NCBI RefSeq assembly: GCF_044704955.1
Contig: NC_091984.1
Span: forward strand, 148,800,001 to 148,864,000
Direction: 5' to 3'
From: Pristiophorus japonicus
Taxonomy: Eukaryota
DNA: 64,000 nt
Part shown: positions 36,201 through 47,620 of the stretch, piece by piece
Layout of the letters: each line of letters begins with the position of its first letter
How positions within the stretch are numbered: position 1 is the first letter of the stretch
Notes under the pieces: model-generated
What the model saw: the letters and a program-made list of their open reading frames with translations, nothing else
The model's database searches: none
What the model was told of the DNA's origin: nothing
Made by a program: the position numbers and the translations under genes

Positions 36201-39200
36201 ACAGATTAGAACCTGGATGAGCCAGGACCCCATACTGTCCTTAGTAAAAAACTGTGTGCTCCACAGAAGTTTGTCTAGTGTCCCGTTAGAGATGTAGGAA
36301 GAAATAAAGCCGTACCAGCGGCACAAAGGTGAAATGTCTCTATAGGCAGACTGCTTCCTATGGGGTAATTGGGTTGTAGAATTTACCAATATCTCGCAAA
36401 GATACCAGGTACCTTTCCCCTGCAGAGGAGAAGAATCCCTTTCTGGGCTTATAAAATGAGTTTAAAGGGGCAGACGAAGCCTGCGGGGGATAAAAGGGGA
36501 TGCATTCATGGAGACCCCCCCCCCCCAGTGTTTGGACTCATAGGAAAGGGAATTCAAAACGAACCGAAGTTACAGAAGCTTGAGATCCCCTAGACATCTA
36601 TGGGAAGGAGCATATCAATTTTAAGATTCTACAACATTTTGGCTGCGAAAAAGAGTTACCAAATACAGGAGGTGGGGCCAACCTCTGAAGCAAATTCGTG
36701 CATTAAGGATCCCAGGCTCTTCACCCTCTAAGAGATAATCGAATTACCCAATCAAGCACAATGGAAATCATGGTCAAGAAACTGGACAATCCTAAAACAA
36801 TGCAAAACCAGTGATAGCACATTCTCACACCCTAATCGAGTTACTGCTGACAAAGGAGACATTTGAAAATCAATGGACAGAACAGTTTAAACAGAGCCCA
36901 AGAGATTTGATGGGAGATAACGGACCCTTTTTTTGGGATATATCTATCCCCATGTTTTACAAGGAAAGATTAGCAGAACACAGACTCGAACAGAACACAG
37001 ACTCGAAATGAACTCAGACAGACACAAGCAGCCGGAGTGAAGAAATGGAGTCGTGAAGGAACCGACAAGAAATCATCAAGGACCGACTGAGCACGATGCC
37101 CACGAAATGGAAGGTTGTCAGCAAACAAATTGACAAACCCGGGCTACCACAACCAGCGAAATGACCAACCAAAATCAACTCAGCAAAAACTGAAGAATCG
37201 ACATTTATTTCCACTCTACAATCTACTTCTGAACGGCCAACGGGTGAGAAATTACCTAAAAGGACTAACTAAAACCAAAGAAAGTGGGTACTTATCCCAT
37301 ACATCCGAAATGCAACTTACCGCATCAACGGACGCACCCCAACTGAAGAGTACGCAGTCCGAAGTCCTCTCCTCCGTCTGGGGTACGGCTCGCCTCGAAG
37401 GCCAAGTGCAGCAAACCCCGAAAACACGATTCACCGGCAACTGTCAAAAGGGATTGGTGAGCATAGCCCCTGAACCCTCAGAGCTATAACTTAGTTAGTT
37501 AGGGGAATTGGGAGGGGGGAGGCTGGGATAACTTGTGTAAATGTATCTGCATTCTCCTCTTTACCCCATTTAGAGTTTAAGCTGTATTCTTTTCCCCACA
37601 GGCTGTAATTTGACATTTCATTCAATGTGTTGTACCCTTCAGTGTGTATTGGTCTGTGTGTGTTATTGAAGGTGTGCCTTTTACTTTATTTTTAAACACA
37701 ATAAAGCCATACCTGCTTCCTACCTTGAAACCGATTGTCTGTCCAAGTCTGTCACAGTCCCTTCATAATTCCAGTGTCTAGAACCAAGGGTGTGGGAGCA
37801 ATTCGAACCGCTCATATAAGGTCAGAAGGGAAAGCTGACCCCCTGCAAACCACCCCTTACAGGGTGGTTGTGCCAAAAAAGGGCAGGGACACTTTCATTA
37901 GTGATCTCCACAGTACCCACCCAGGCATTGTAATGATGAAAGCGATAGCCAGATCCCAGGTGTGGTGGCCCGGTATCGATGCAGACTTAGAGTCCTATGT
38001 GCACAATCGTAATACATGTTCCCAGTTAAGCAATGCACCCAGGGAGGCGTCATTAAGTTTATTTTCTTGGCCCTCCAAACCATGATCTAGGGTTCATGTC
38101 AACTATGCAGGCCCATTCTTGGCAAAAATGTTTTTAGTGGTTGTAGATGCGTACTCCAAGTGGATTGAATGTGTTATAATGTCGGCAAGCATGTCCGCTG
38201 CCACCATTGAAAGCCTACGGGCCATGTTTGCCACGCACGGCCTGCCTGATGTCCTTGTAAATGGGCCTTGCCGAATTCAAGGAATTCATGACTCACAATG
38301 GGGTCAAACATGTCATATCTGTCCCGTTTAAGCCAGCGTCCAACGGTCATGTAGAACGAGGTTCACTGCAGACTTGCTTATCCCTAGTCCTGCTTAGTTA
38401 CCGCACAAGACCCCACTCACTCACCGGAGTCCCTCCCGCTGAACTGCTCATGAAAAGGGCACTTAAGACAAGGTTCTCGTTAGTCCACCCTGATCTACAC
38501 GAACAGGTAGAGAGCAGGCGGCTTCAACAGAATACATATCATGATCGCGCAAATGTGTCACGAGAAATTGAAGTAAATGATCCTGTATTTGTGTTGAGCT
38601 ACGGACATGGTCCCAAGTGGATTACTGGCACTGTTATGGCCAAAGAGGGGAGTAGGGTGTTTGTGGTCAAACTCGCAAATGGACTCACCTGCAGAAAACA
38701 CTTGGACCAAACCAAACTCAGATTTATGGACTATCCAGAACAATCCACAATAGACTCTAACTTTTTCGACCCTCCAACACACACACAAATGGCAACCGAC
38801 CCAACGGTTGACCACGAAGCAGAACCCATCACCCCCAGTAGTCCAGCAAGGCCAACTGTGCAGCAGCCCAGCGAAGGCCCAACAAACGACTCACCAACAC
38901 CAGCATTTGCACCGAGACGATCAAACAGGGAAAGGAAGGCTCCAGATTGACTCACATTGTAAATAGTTACACTATTGATTTTGGTGGGGGGGGGGGGGGG
39001 CGGAGGGGGGGGGGGTAGTGTTGTTATGTATGTAAACCTGTAATTACCATGTCTGACCATCGGAGGGCTTATCCCCTGGAGTCCCAAGGGATCCCACAAT
39101 CCCTTGGGAGCACCTCACAGGCTGGAGGGGCATTCTGAGATTTGTAATAAAGGACTACGGTCATACTTACATTGAGCTTGCAGTATCTACTCTGATTCTT

Positions 39201-39216
39201 TATCCAAGACATAACA
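33266..39216 (+). mobile_element. Full-structure degenerate Gypsy LTR retrotransposon (gag-PR-RT-RH-IN)
   Basis: LTRs 33266-~33476 and 39022-39216, 5-bp TSD TTCCT, G-rich PPT; motifs WDTGAS, FQDDILV, LACDA, HPGIV..C, VVDAYSKW; many stops/frameshifts. Confidence 0.95.
36375..37861 (+). mobile_element. 1487-bp solo LTR nested in Gypsy pol
   Basis: TGTA...TACA, 4-bp TSD GGGT (36371-36374; 37862-37865), AATAAA ~37700; host reading LWGN-x-VVVPKKG rejoins on removal. Confidence 0.85.
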
Positions 39217-39859
39217 TTCCTCACCTCACCCTCCTCCCCTTCCACGGGGAAATTAATGATATTTTCTTCACCTCATCTCGCCCCTCCCCGGGACAATAAT
39301 GGTAAGCTCCTCACATCTCCAGCACCTCTCCCACTCACTCCCCTGGGGAAAATAATAGTATGTTCCTCACTGCTCCCTATCTCCCCCATCCTGGGCACAA
39401 TAATGGTATGATCCTCACTTCTCCTTATGTGACCCCTCTCTCCCGGGGACAATAATGGTATGTTCCTCCTCTCTCCCTCTCCTCTCGCCACCCCCCCCCC
39501 CCCCCACCCCAACCTGAGGGCAATAATGGTATGTTCCTCACATCTCCCTCTCCACTCTTGGGGACAATAATGGCACGTTCATCAACACTCCATCTCCTCT
39601 CCCCTCCAAGGACAATAATGGTATGTTCATCAACTCTCCCTATCCCGCCCCGCTGCCAATAATTGGATCAATCGATGCTGTAGCGCCCCCTGTAGTACAT
39701 CTATATGGGCTCCACCCAAACCCCTGCTTTCAACCCTTGAACCCACATTGCCTACGCTAGCTGGAGCCCCGCTCCTTAATCACAGCATCTCACAGCACAG
39801 AGGGAGGCCATTTGGCCCATCAAACCTGTGCTGGCTCTTTGAAAGAGCTATGGACTACT

Positions 39860-40005
39860 ATGACCTGGACTAATGATCCAGAGACACGAGTTCAAATCCC
39901 ACCACGTCAGCTGGGGAATTTAAATTCAGTTAATTAAATAGATCTGGAATAAAAAGCTAGTGTCAGTAATGGTGACCATAAAACTGCCGGATTGTCATAA
40001 AAACA
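39860..40005 (+). mobile_element. tRNA-derived SINE fragment
   Basis: B-box GAGTTCAAATCCC followed by SINE-like body. Confidence 0.6.
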
Positions 40006-43000
40006 CATCTACCTGGCCTGCTATCTTCAGGGATCTGTGGACATGCAGACCAAGGTCCCTTTGTTCCTCTGCACCTCTCAGTATCCTAACATTTAATGTG
40101 TATTCCCTTGCCTTGTTAGCCCTCGCCAAATGCATTACCTCACACATCTCCGGATTAAATTCCATTTGCCACTGTTCTGCCCACCTGACCATTTCATTGA
40201 TATCTTCCTGCAGCCTGCAGCTTTTTTCTTCATTATCAACCACACGGTTACTATCATCTGCAAACTTCTTAATTATACCCCCTACATTCAAATCTAAATC
40301 ATTGATACACCACAAAAAGCAAGGGACCTTGTACTGAGCCCTGCGAAACCCCACTGGAAACAGCCTTCCAGTCACAAAAATACCCATCAACCATTACCCT
40401 TTGCTTCCTGCCTCTGAGCCAATTTTGGATCCAACTTGCCACTTTGCCCTGGATCCCATGGGCTTTTACTTTCATGACCAGTCGACAATGTGCCACCTTA
40501 TCGAAAGTCTTGCTAAAATCCATATATCATCATACGCGCTGCCCTCATCGATCCTCCTTATTACTTCCTCGATGAATTCAATTAAGTTAGTCAGACACGA
40601 TCTACCCTTAACAAATCCATGCTGACTGTCCTTGATTAGTCCGTGTCTTTCTAAATGAAGATTTATCCTGTCTCTCAGGAGTTTTTCCATTAATTTTCCC
40701 ACCACCGAGGTTAGGCTGACTGGCCTGTAATTACTTGGTCTCTTCCTTTTTATACAAACTTACCACGTTAGCAGTCCTCCAGTCCTCTGGCATCACACCT
40801 GTAGCCAGGGAGGGTTGCAAAATGATGGTCAGATCCTCTGCTATTTCCTCTTTTGCTTCTCTTAACAGCCTGGGATACATTTGATCAGGACAGGGGGTTT
40901 ATCCACTTTGAAAGCTGCTTAGTCCCGAAAGTACTTCTGTTCTCACTATGTTTATTTCATCTAATATTTCACACTCCTCCTCCCTGATTGCAATGTCTGC
41001 ATCGCCCCTCCCATATGTGAAAACAGACGCAAAGTATTCATTAAGAACCATACCCATGTCTCACACACAGATTACCTTTATGGTCTCTAATAGGCCCAAC
41101 TCTTTCTTTAATTATCCTCTTGCTCTTAATGTATTTATAAAACATCTTTGTGTTTTCCTTGATTTTACTTGCTTTCCTAATTTCCTTTTTAATTGCACCC
41201 CTGCACTTTCTATGCTCCTCTAAAGTTCTTGCAGAATTGAGCCCTCGGTATCTGTCATAAGCCTCCCTTTTTTACTTTATCCTACACTGTATTTCCCTTG
41301 ACATCCAGGGGCCTCTAGATTTGTTAGTCCCACCCTTTTTCTTTAAGGGAACAGACTTACTCTGAAACCACAGGATTTCCTCCTTGAATGCCTCCCACTG
41401 CTCTGACATTGATTTACCTTCAAGTAGCCGTTTCCAGTCCACTTTGGCCAAATCTCACCTCAGCTCAGCAAAATTGGCTTTTCCCCAATTGAGAACTTTT
41501 ATTCCTGCTCTATCTTTGTCCTTTTCCATAACTACCCTAAATCTAACTGAATTATGATCACTGGCACCAAAATGCTCTCCCACTGATACCCCTTCCACCT
41601 GCCCCTCTTCATTCCCCAAAACCAGGTCCAGAACCGTCCCCTCCCTTGTTGGGCTTGTTACATACTGGCTAAAAAAGTTCTCCTGAATGCATTTTAGGAA
41701 TTCCGCACCCTCTATACCTTTCACACTAATTTTATCCCAGTTAATATTAGGGTAGTTGAAATCCCCTACTATTACTGCCCAATAGTTTTTGCACTTGTCA
41801 GAAATGTGCCTACATATTTGCTCTTCTCTCTCCCTCTGACTGTTTGGGGGTCTATAGTACACTCCCAGCAGTGTGATTACCCCTTTTTCGTTCTTCAATT
41901 CGACCTATATGGCCTCATTTGATGATCCTTCCGACATATCATCCCTCCTCACAGCTGTAATTGTTTCTTTCAATTGTTTCACAACTGTGACCCCCTCCTT
42001 TTTTATCCCCCTCTCTATCCCGTCTGAAAACCCTGTAACCAGGAACGTTGAGCTGCCATACCTGCCCTTCTTTCAGCCATGTCTCAGTAATAGCTATAAT
42101 ATAGTACTCCCAAGTGTCTATCTGTGCTCTCAGCTCATCTGCCTTATTCCCTACACTCCTTGCATTGAAGTATATACCTTTTAGCACTGCCAAACTGCCT
42201 TGTGTCTATTGTCTAGGCTTTGTTTCCTCTGTCTTCCAAATTCACTTTCTACTTTTCTGTTTTCCAGTTCCAGCTTTGCTTCTCTCCCAACTGTATCTAT
42301 TCTCCGGTTCCCATCCCCCTGCCAAGCTAGTTTAAACCCTCCCCAACAACACCAGCAAAGTCCCCCGGCGAGGATATTTGTCCCGGCTCTGTTGTGGGGC
42401 AACCTGTCCGGCTTGTACAGGTCCCACCTCCCCCAGAAATGGTCCCAATGCCTCAGGAATCTAAAGTCCTCCCTCCTGCACCATCTCTCCAGCCACACAT
42501 TTATCTGCTCTATCCTACTATTTCTGTACTCACTAGCACATGGTACCGGGCGTAATCCAGAGATTACTACCTTTGATGTCTTGCTTTTTAATTTCTCTCC
42601 TCGCTCCCTAAACTCTGCCTGTGGGACCTCATTTCCTCTTTCTACCTATGTCATTGGTACCGATATGGACCACAACCTCTGTCTGTTCACCCTCCCCCCA
42701 TAGAATGTACTGCAGCCACTCAGTGACATCCTTGACCCTGGCACCAGGCAGACAACATACCATCCTGGGGTCACGTCTCCGGCCGCAGAAATGCCTGTCT
42801 GTTCCCCTAACTATCGAATCCCCTACCACTATTGCTCTTCCACTCTTCTTCCTCCCCCCTGTGCAGCTGAGCCACCCGTGGTGCCGTGGACTTGGCTCTG
42901 GCTGCACTTCCTAGAGGCACCATCGCCCCCACCAGTACTCAGAACAGAATACTGGTTGGAGAGCGAGATGGACTCAGGGGACTCCTGCACTACCTGCCTG

Positions 43001-43310
43001 GACCTCCTCTTCTGTCTGGTGGTCACCCATTCCCTCTCTGCCTGCACACTCTTAAGCTGCGGGGTGGCCACCTCTAGAAACGTGCTATCCACGAAGTTCT
43101 CAGCCTCTCGGATGCACCGCAGTAACTCCAGCCGCCGCTCAATCTCCGAAACGCGGAGCTCGAGTTGCTGTAGCTGGTGACACTTCCTGCACATGTGGTC
43201 GTTCCGGCCACGAGAAGCATCCAGGACTTCCCACATGGCACAGGATGTGCACTGCACAGGACAGAACTGCCCTGCCATGCCTCTATTTAATAGATTGAGA
43301 ACTAACTTAG
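40004..43310 (-). mobile_element. CR1 (ORF1 + 3'-truncated ORF2), duplication copy B
   Basis: MAGQFCPVQCTSCAMWE..; GVYYRPP, IVGDFN, SDHNSV; RT motifs. Confidence 0.9.
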
Positions 43311-43439
43311 CAGAAATAAGCTTAAAACTAAAAAACAGCAAATAACGACCAGGCCTACATCATTCAGGCCATAATTTCTGGATTTGTTCACCCCACTGAG
43401 GGCGAACACCGTCGATGGGCCATTAATGGGGCTTAAATT

Positions 43440-44385
43440 TTCAGCTCAGTCAGCTGTGGCTCAATGGACAGCACACTCACCTCTGAGTCCGAAGGTTGTG
43501 GATTCAAGTCCCACTCCAGAGACTAAGCTCAGAAATCTAGACTGATAGTCCCAGTGCATTACTGAGGGAGTGCTGCACTGTCAGAGGGGCTGTCTTTCAG
43601 GTGAGAGGTTAAACCAAGGCCCTGTCTGCTCTCTCAGGTGGGTGTTAATGATCCCATGCTACTATTTTGAAGAAGAGCAGGGGAGTTCTCCCCGGTGTCC
43701 TGGCCAATATTTATCTTTCAACCAACATCACAAAAACAGATTGGGGATGAAATTGCCCCGCTTTGCACCTGCCGTTAGTGCCTCCGGGGGGTGGTAACGG
43801 GGTGTGACAGTGTTTTCCCCTGGGGCGGGGGGGGCGATGGGAAGGGGGCTACCAGCTCCTGTGGGATTTATCAGAGACGCAAAACAGATAGCGCCCCGTG
43901 AGCTGTGTCCACACAAGGCGTGCGGGTCACGAACCGGGCCGCACTCCCATCGCAGGATGAAACTGACCGGGAGGCGCGCGCCGCCGCACCCCGCCATTTG
44001 TTTTTGCCGACTTACCGGTCGGGCCTTTCTGTGCCGATGTGACGGGGTCGGTGCCGCGATGGTGCAGCCCGACACTCGCCCTCGAGCCCACCCCCAGGGG
44101 AAGTGCAGCGCACCACATTGCGCTCCACTCCCTGTCAGAGGCCGTGACCCCAATTTTGCTTCCGGGGCGGGACTTCGGCGTAGGAAACGTTACCGCCCCA
44201 ACCGGCGCGATATGCAATTTTCGGCCCATTATCATGTCATAGTCACATGTGGGAGCTTGCTGTGCACAAATTTTCTGTCGTGTCTCCTTCATTAGCGCAG
44301 TGACAACACTTCAAAAATACTTCATTGACTGTAAAGTGCTTTGGGATGCCCTGAGGTGGTGAAAGGCGCTATATAAATGCAATTC
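43440..44385 (+). mobile_element. Deu-domain SINE with Harbinger-like MITE (43743-44227; imperfect TIR GGGGATGAAATTG/CAATTTTCGGCCC; TSD ATT)
   Basis: Paralog of 29190-30210. Confidence 0.8.
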
Positions 44386-45682
44386 TTTCTTTCCAATTCA
44401 GCTCGACATCTTTGAAACCCAAACCCGCGGACAGTGACGGACAGGTAAAGACCCTGTGGTCCATCCAACCCGTCCCACACAATTGCAATACCTTGTGTAT
44501 CACAGTATAGACTCTCCACCCCACCCAAAACTACCTGATCTCCTGGGAGAGGTGAAAAACCAGGTAAAAAACCCATTGGGGGAAATAAATCTGGGAAACT
44601 CCTCTCCGACCCCCCCCCCCCCCCGCCCCCGCTCCCCAGGCGATGGAAACTAGTCCAGGAGGTCACTGTGGCCCTGAATTCCCTGCAGTAACTACCTTCT
44701 GTAAGTGGTGATCTCCGCATCGGCCACAAACAGGTCCTGCTCTCGCTTATGTACAGCTCATGAATTTAAAATTACAAACTTTCCCCACAGTGTCAAGTGC
44801 TGCAAATACTGTGTTACATTATCAGGGTTATATTCTCACTGTCTGTCATTGTCACAACACTCGCAATATAAATGCAAGTTGTTGTTGTGTTCAGGGGCCG
44901 CTGTATCTGGCTCAGGCTTCTTATCCATCCCCCCCTTCCCTTCCCCCTCCATTGAGGGCCATGCCTTCAGCTGCCTGGGGCCTAACTCCCTGCTCCCTAA
45001 ACCTCTCTGCCACTCCATCCCTCTTCTCTTTTAAGACCTCCCTTCAAACCCAATCTGTGACTGAGAGTTTTGATCACCCACCCAGCTCCTCCCCCTTTGG
45101 CTCAGCACCACTTGGACCAGATTACACCTCTGTCAGCTGCCTCGGGATGTTGTTCTAATGTTCCAGTTGCTATAGTGTCGAGGAAATATTTAGCTTAAAT
45201 TAACTCAGGCGGAGACTTTCAGAAGTGCACTTCGAGAGAATTTATTTTAAAAAGCGAGATATATCTCGGAGAGCCTGCTTGGACCGTACCAAGGCAAAAA
45301 CTCTGCCGTACAGGCAAATTGTCCCCATCTTTATACAGAAATTAAATACAGAAATATAAAAGGAATCTTATTCATTTGTCCCGCGAGTACAAAGGTCGTC
45401 TCAGGAGGTACACACTCTATCTATCCTTGCATAGTTTCTCTCTGTTCACAGTCTGATAAGTAGAATAAAAGGAGACTCCCTTTTAATACCAGATGGTCAT
45501 TTAATTGCATCTCTAAGTTTCAAGGCTAAAAAAGCATGGCTATGTTTCTAGTCCTATTATTTCTTTAAGCATAGCAAAAACAGAATTTAACCCTTTCCTT
45601 TTCCATAAGCCATAGATTCATAGATCCTTTCTTCCACAATTCCCTCCTTGTTGATCTTTTTATTTTTTAGATCAACACAATT

Positions 45683-47493
45683 TCAATATTCTCTTCTTGA
45701 GCAAAAGGGGTTTATTACTTGACTAATTACATTTTTTAATTTTATCCACATTCCGCAAAGGATTATTAATAATACAAGCATAACCACACCTACGATTACT
45801 ATGGGGTGTATAGCAAGCTTCAGTACTGCTGTAGCTTTTAGGGACCATCCGGTAAACACATCCCACCAGTGGTGTACTGTCAAAGAGGTGACTTCGTCTG
45901 CAATTCTCACTAGTTGCCCCTTCTTGTAACTCATTTCGACTCTAAATTGGTGGATGTCTCTGCCTTGCTTTGACAGAGCTTCCTCAATTTTCTTGTCATT
46001 CCGTATCAAATTGTGCAGTCTGGTCAGATTAATTACAGGGGGTAAGGGTTCAATCTTGTGCATAGACAGATACTTTTCTACATTTTGCCATTGCCCAAAG
46101 GTATAAGTTTTTTTTAACTTCAGGGTCATACAGGGTGTAGACTCTTCTCACGCATTTATTAATGGGGGGTTTATACAAAATTCCATCCAGATAGACAGGT
46201 TTATTTCCTGTCACACAGACCTCATTCTGTCCTATTTCCGTTATATCAGTGTCATTTGTTGGCTTTAATTCCCATTTACATACTCCAATGGCATGCTGCA
46301 GTGAGCATGGTTCGTATATGGCGGTCTGATAGGGACATACCATTCCGAATGGCCACCTAGCACATCCCCTCTGGTGATGTGTCATATTCTTCTCATCGAC
46401 CCAATCTCCTTTAAATTCTGGGTACCAGAAGTTCTGTCCAAACAGTTGGGGCATTACTTGGAACTGACACCAAATTTCTTTTCGTGTCATTCTTACTATT
46501 TCTCCAGTAACGTTACATCCTTTTGAATTACAACTGGTATATCTTTTTTGAGGGCTAATGGTTAAATTAAGAAGCTTATCTCTTTTGTTAATTTCCAGCA
46601 ACCTTTCCCATGTGTTAGCATGGAAGGATAATATTTTCCTTTCTAACTCGGCTCTTAATAGCTGTCTGATCATTTCTTTAAACAGGCAATGGGTGTACTT
46701 GTTACTCCCTGTTGTTCCTTTATTAGGTTCTCTATTTCCTTCTCTACCCTTTCATTCTGTTCCCAGGTCATTTCGTTTATGACGTAACCTGATATTTGTA
46801 ATTGCTGTAATCCTTCATCCCAGGCATTTCTGATTTTTATATCTTCCCCTACCAGTCCTCCGACGGCCTGGATTTTATTTTGTAGGGTCTCGATATCCAT
46901 GGAGTTCAATGCTCCTATTCCTGCTCCCACTCCACCTAACACAGTCTCTAATACATCCCGTTTCTTTCTTTGGGGTCTTTCTTTTTCAAAAGATACTTTA
47001 ACACTGGTTGTGTGGCAACCATCTTCTTTCTTTGGGGGATATTCACCGGGGTGTTATTCATGCACAACATCCGCTGCCCTTCTACCATACTTGTAAATGA
47101 ATAATGGAGGAAGTCTTTTCTCTCGTCCGGCCCTCCTATGTACCCCCATCTCTTGTTTTTCCCTGTGCTCCCGGTACACTTCATCCACACATCGGCCTGG
47201 TATTCTATGAACAACTGATACCCTTTCCCCAATATAAATTGGAACTCCCCTCTTTCTTCCTTCATTCCACATGCCTCACATCGTGCCGTAAAATTCCCTA
47301 CCTTACAACTTTGGCCTACTGGGCATATAAAATTGCCTTGCTGCCTCATACTATTACTTCTTTCCCATACCATATTTCCCTTCCATACTCTTCCTTCTTT
47401 TAGGACTTCTTCCTCCTGCCGGGAGTTCCCTGTCGCTAAAATGATCAGTATACCTAATGTCCATTTATAATTTTTCCAAGAGTCCCTTCCCAT
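45683..47493 (-). pseudogene. env: ERV env, frameshifted; short SU, RKKR furin site (46958-46969), long TM subunit
   Basis: Signal peptide WTLGILIILATG; RKKR|DVLETVLGGVGAGIGALNSMDIETL; Cys-rich ectodomain; HHWWDVFTGWS..HPIVIVGVVMLVLLIILCG anchor. Confidence 0.9.
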
Positions 47494-47620
47494 CTTCCCT
47501 TTCTTGTTTGTTTCTATACCACTCTTGAATTAAGTCGTTACAATAACAACACGTCCACACGATAGTAACAGTGGCCCAAATAATAAAGGCCCAAACTGGC
47601 ACACAAATGAGCTCTGACAT
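47465..47620 (-). CDS. Small single-pass membrane ORF (51 aa) between pol and env, overlapping env start
   Basis: MSELICVPVWAFIIWATVTIVWTCCYCNDLIQEWYRNKQEREDGKGLLEKL; ATG start, intact. Confidence 0.5.
   Translation of the reverse strand: MSELICVPVWAFIIWATVTIVWTCCYCNDLIQEWYRNKQEREDGKGLLEKL

Larger units (their letters stand above)
32939..39650. repeat. ~50-bp minisatellite (GGGACAATAATGGTATGTTCCTCACCTCTCCC...) at 32939-33265 and 39217-39650, split by Gypsy insertion
   Basis: Same unit either side of the element. Confidence 0.85.
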
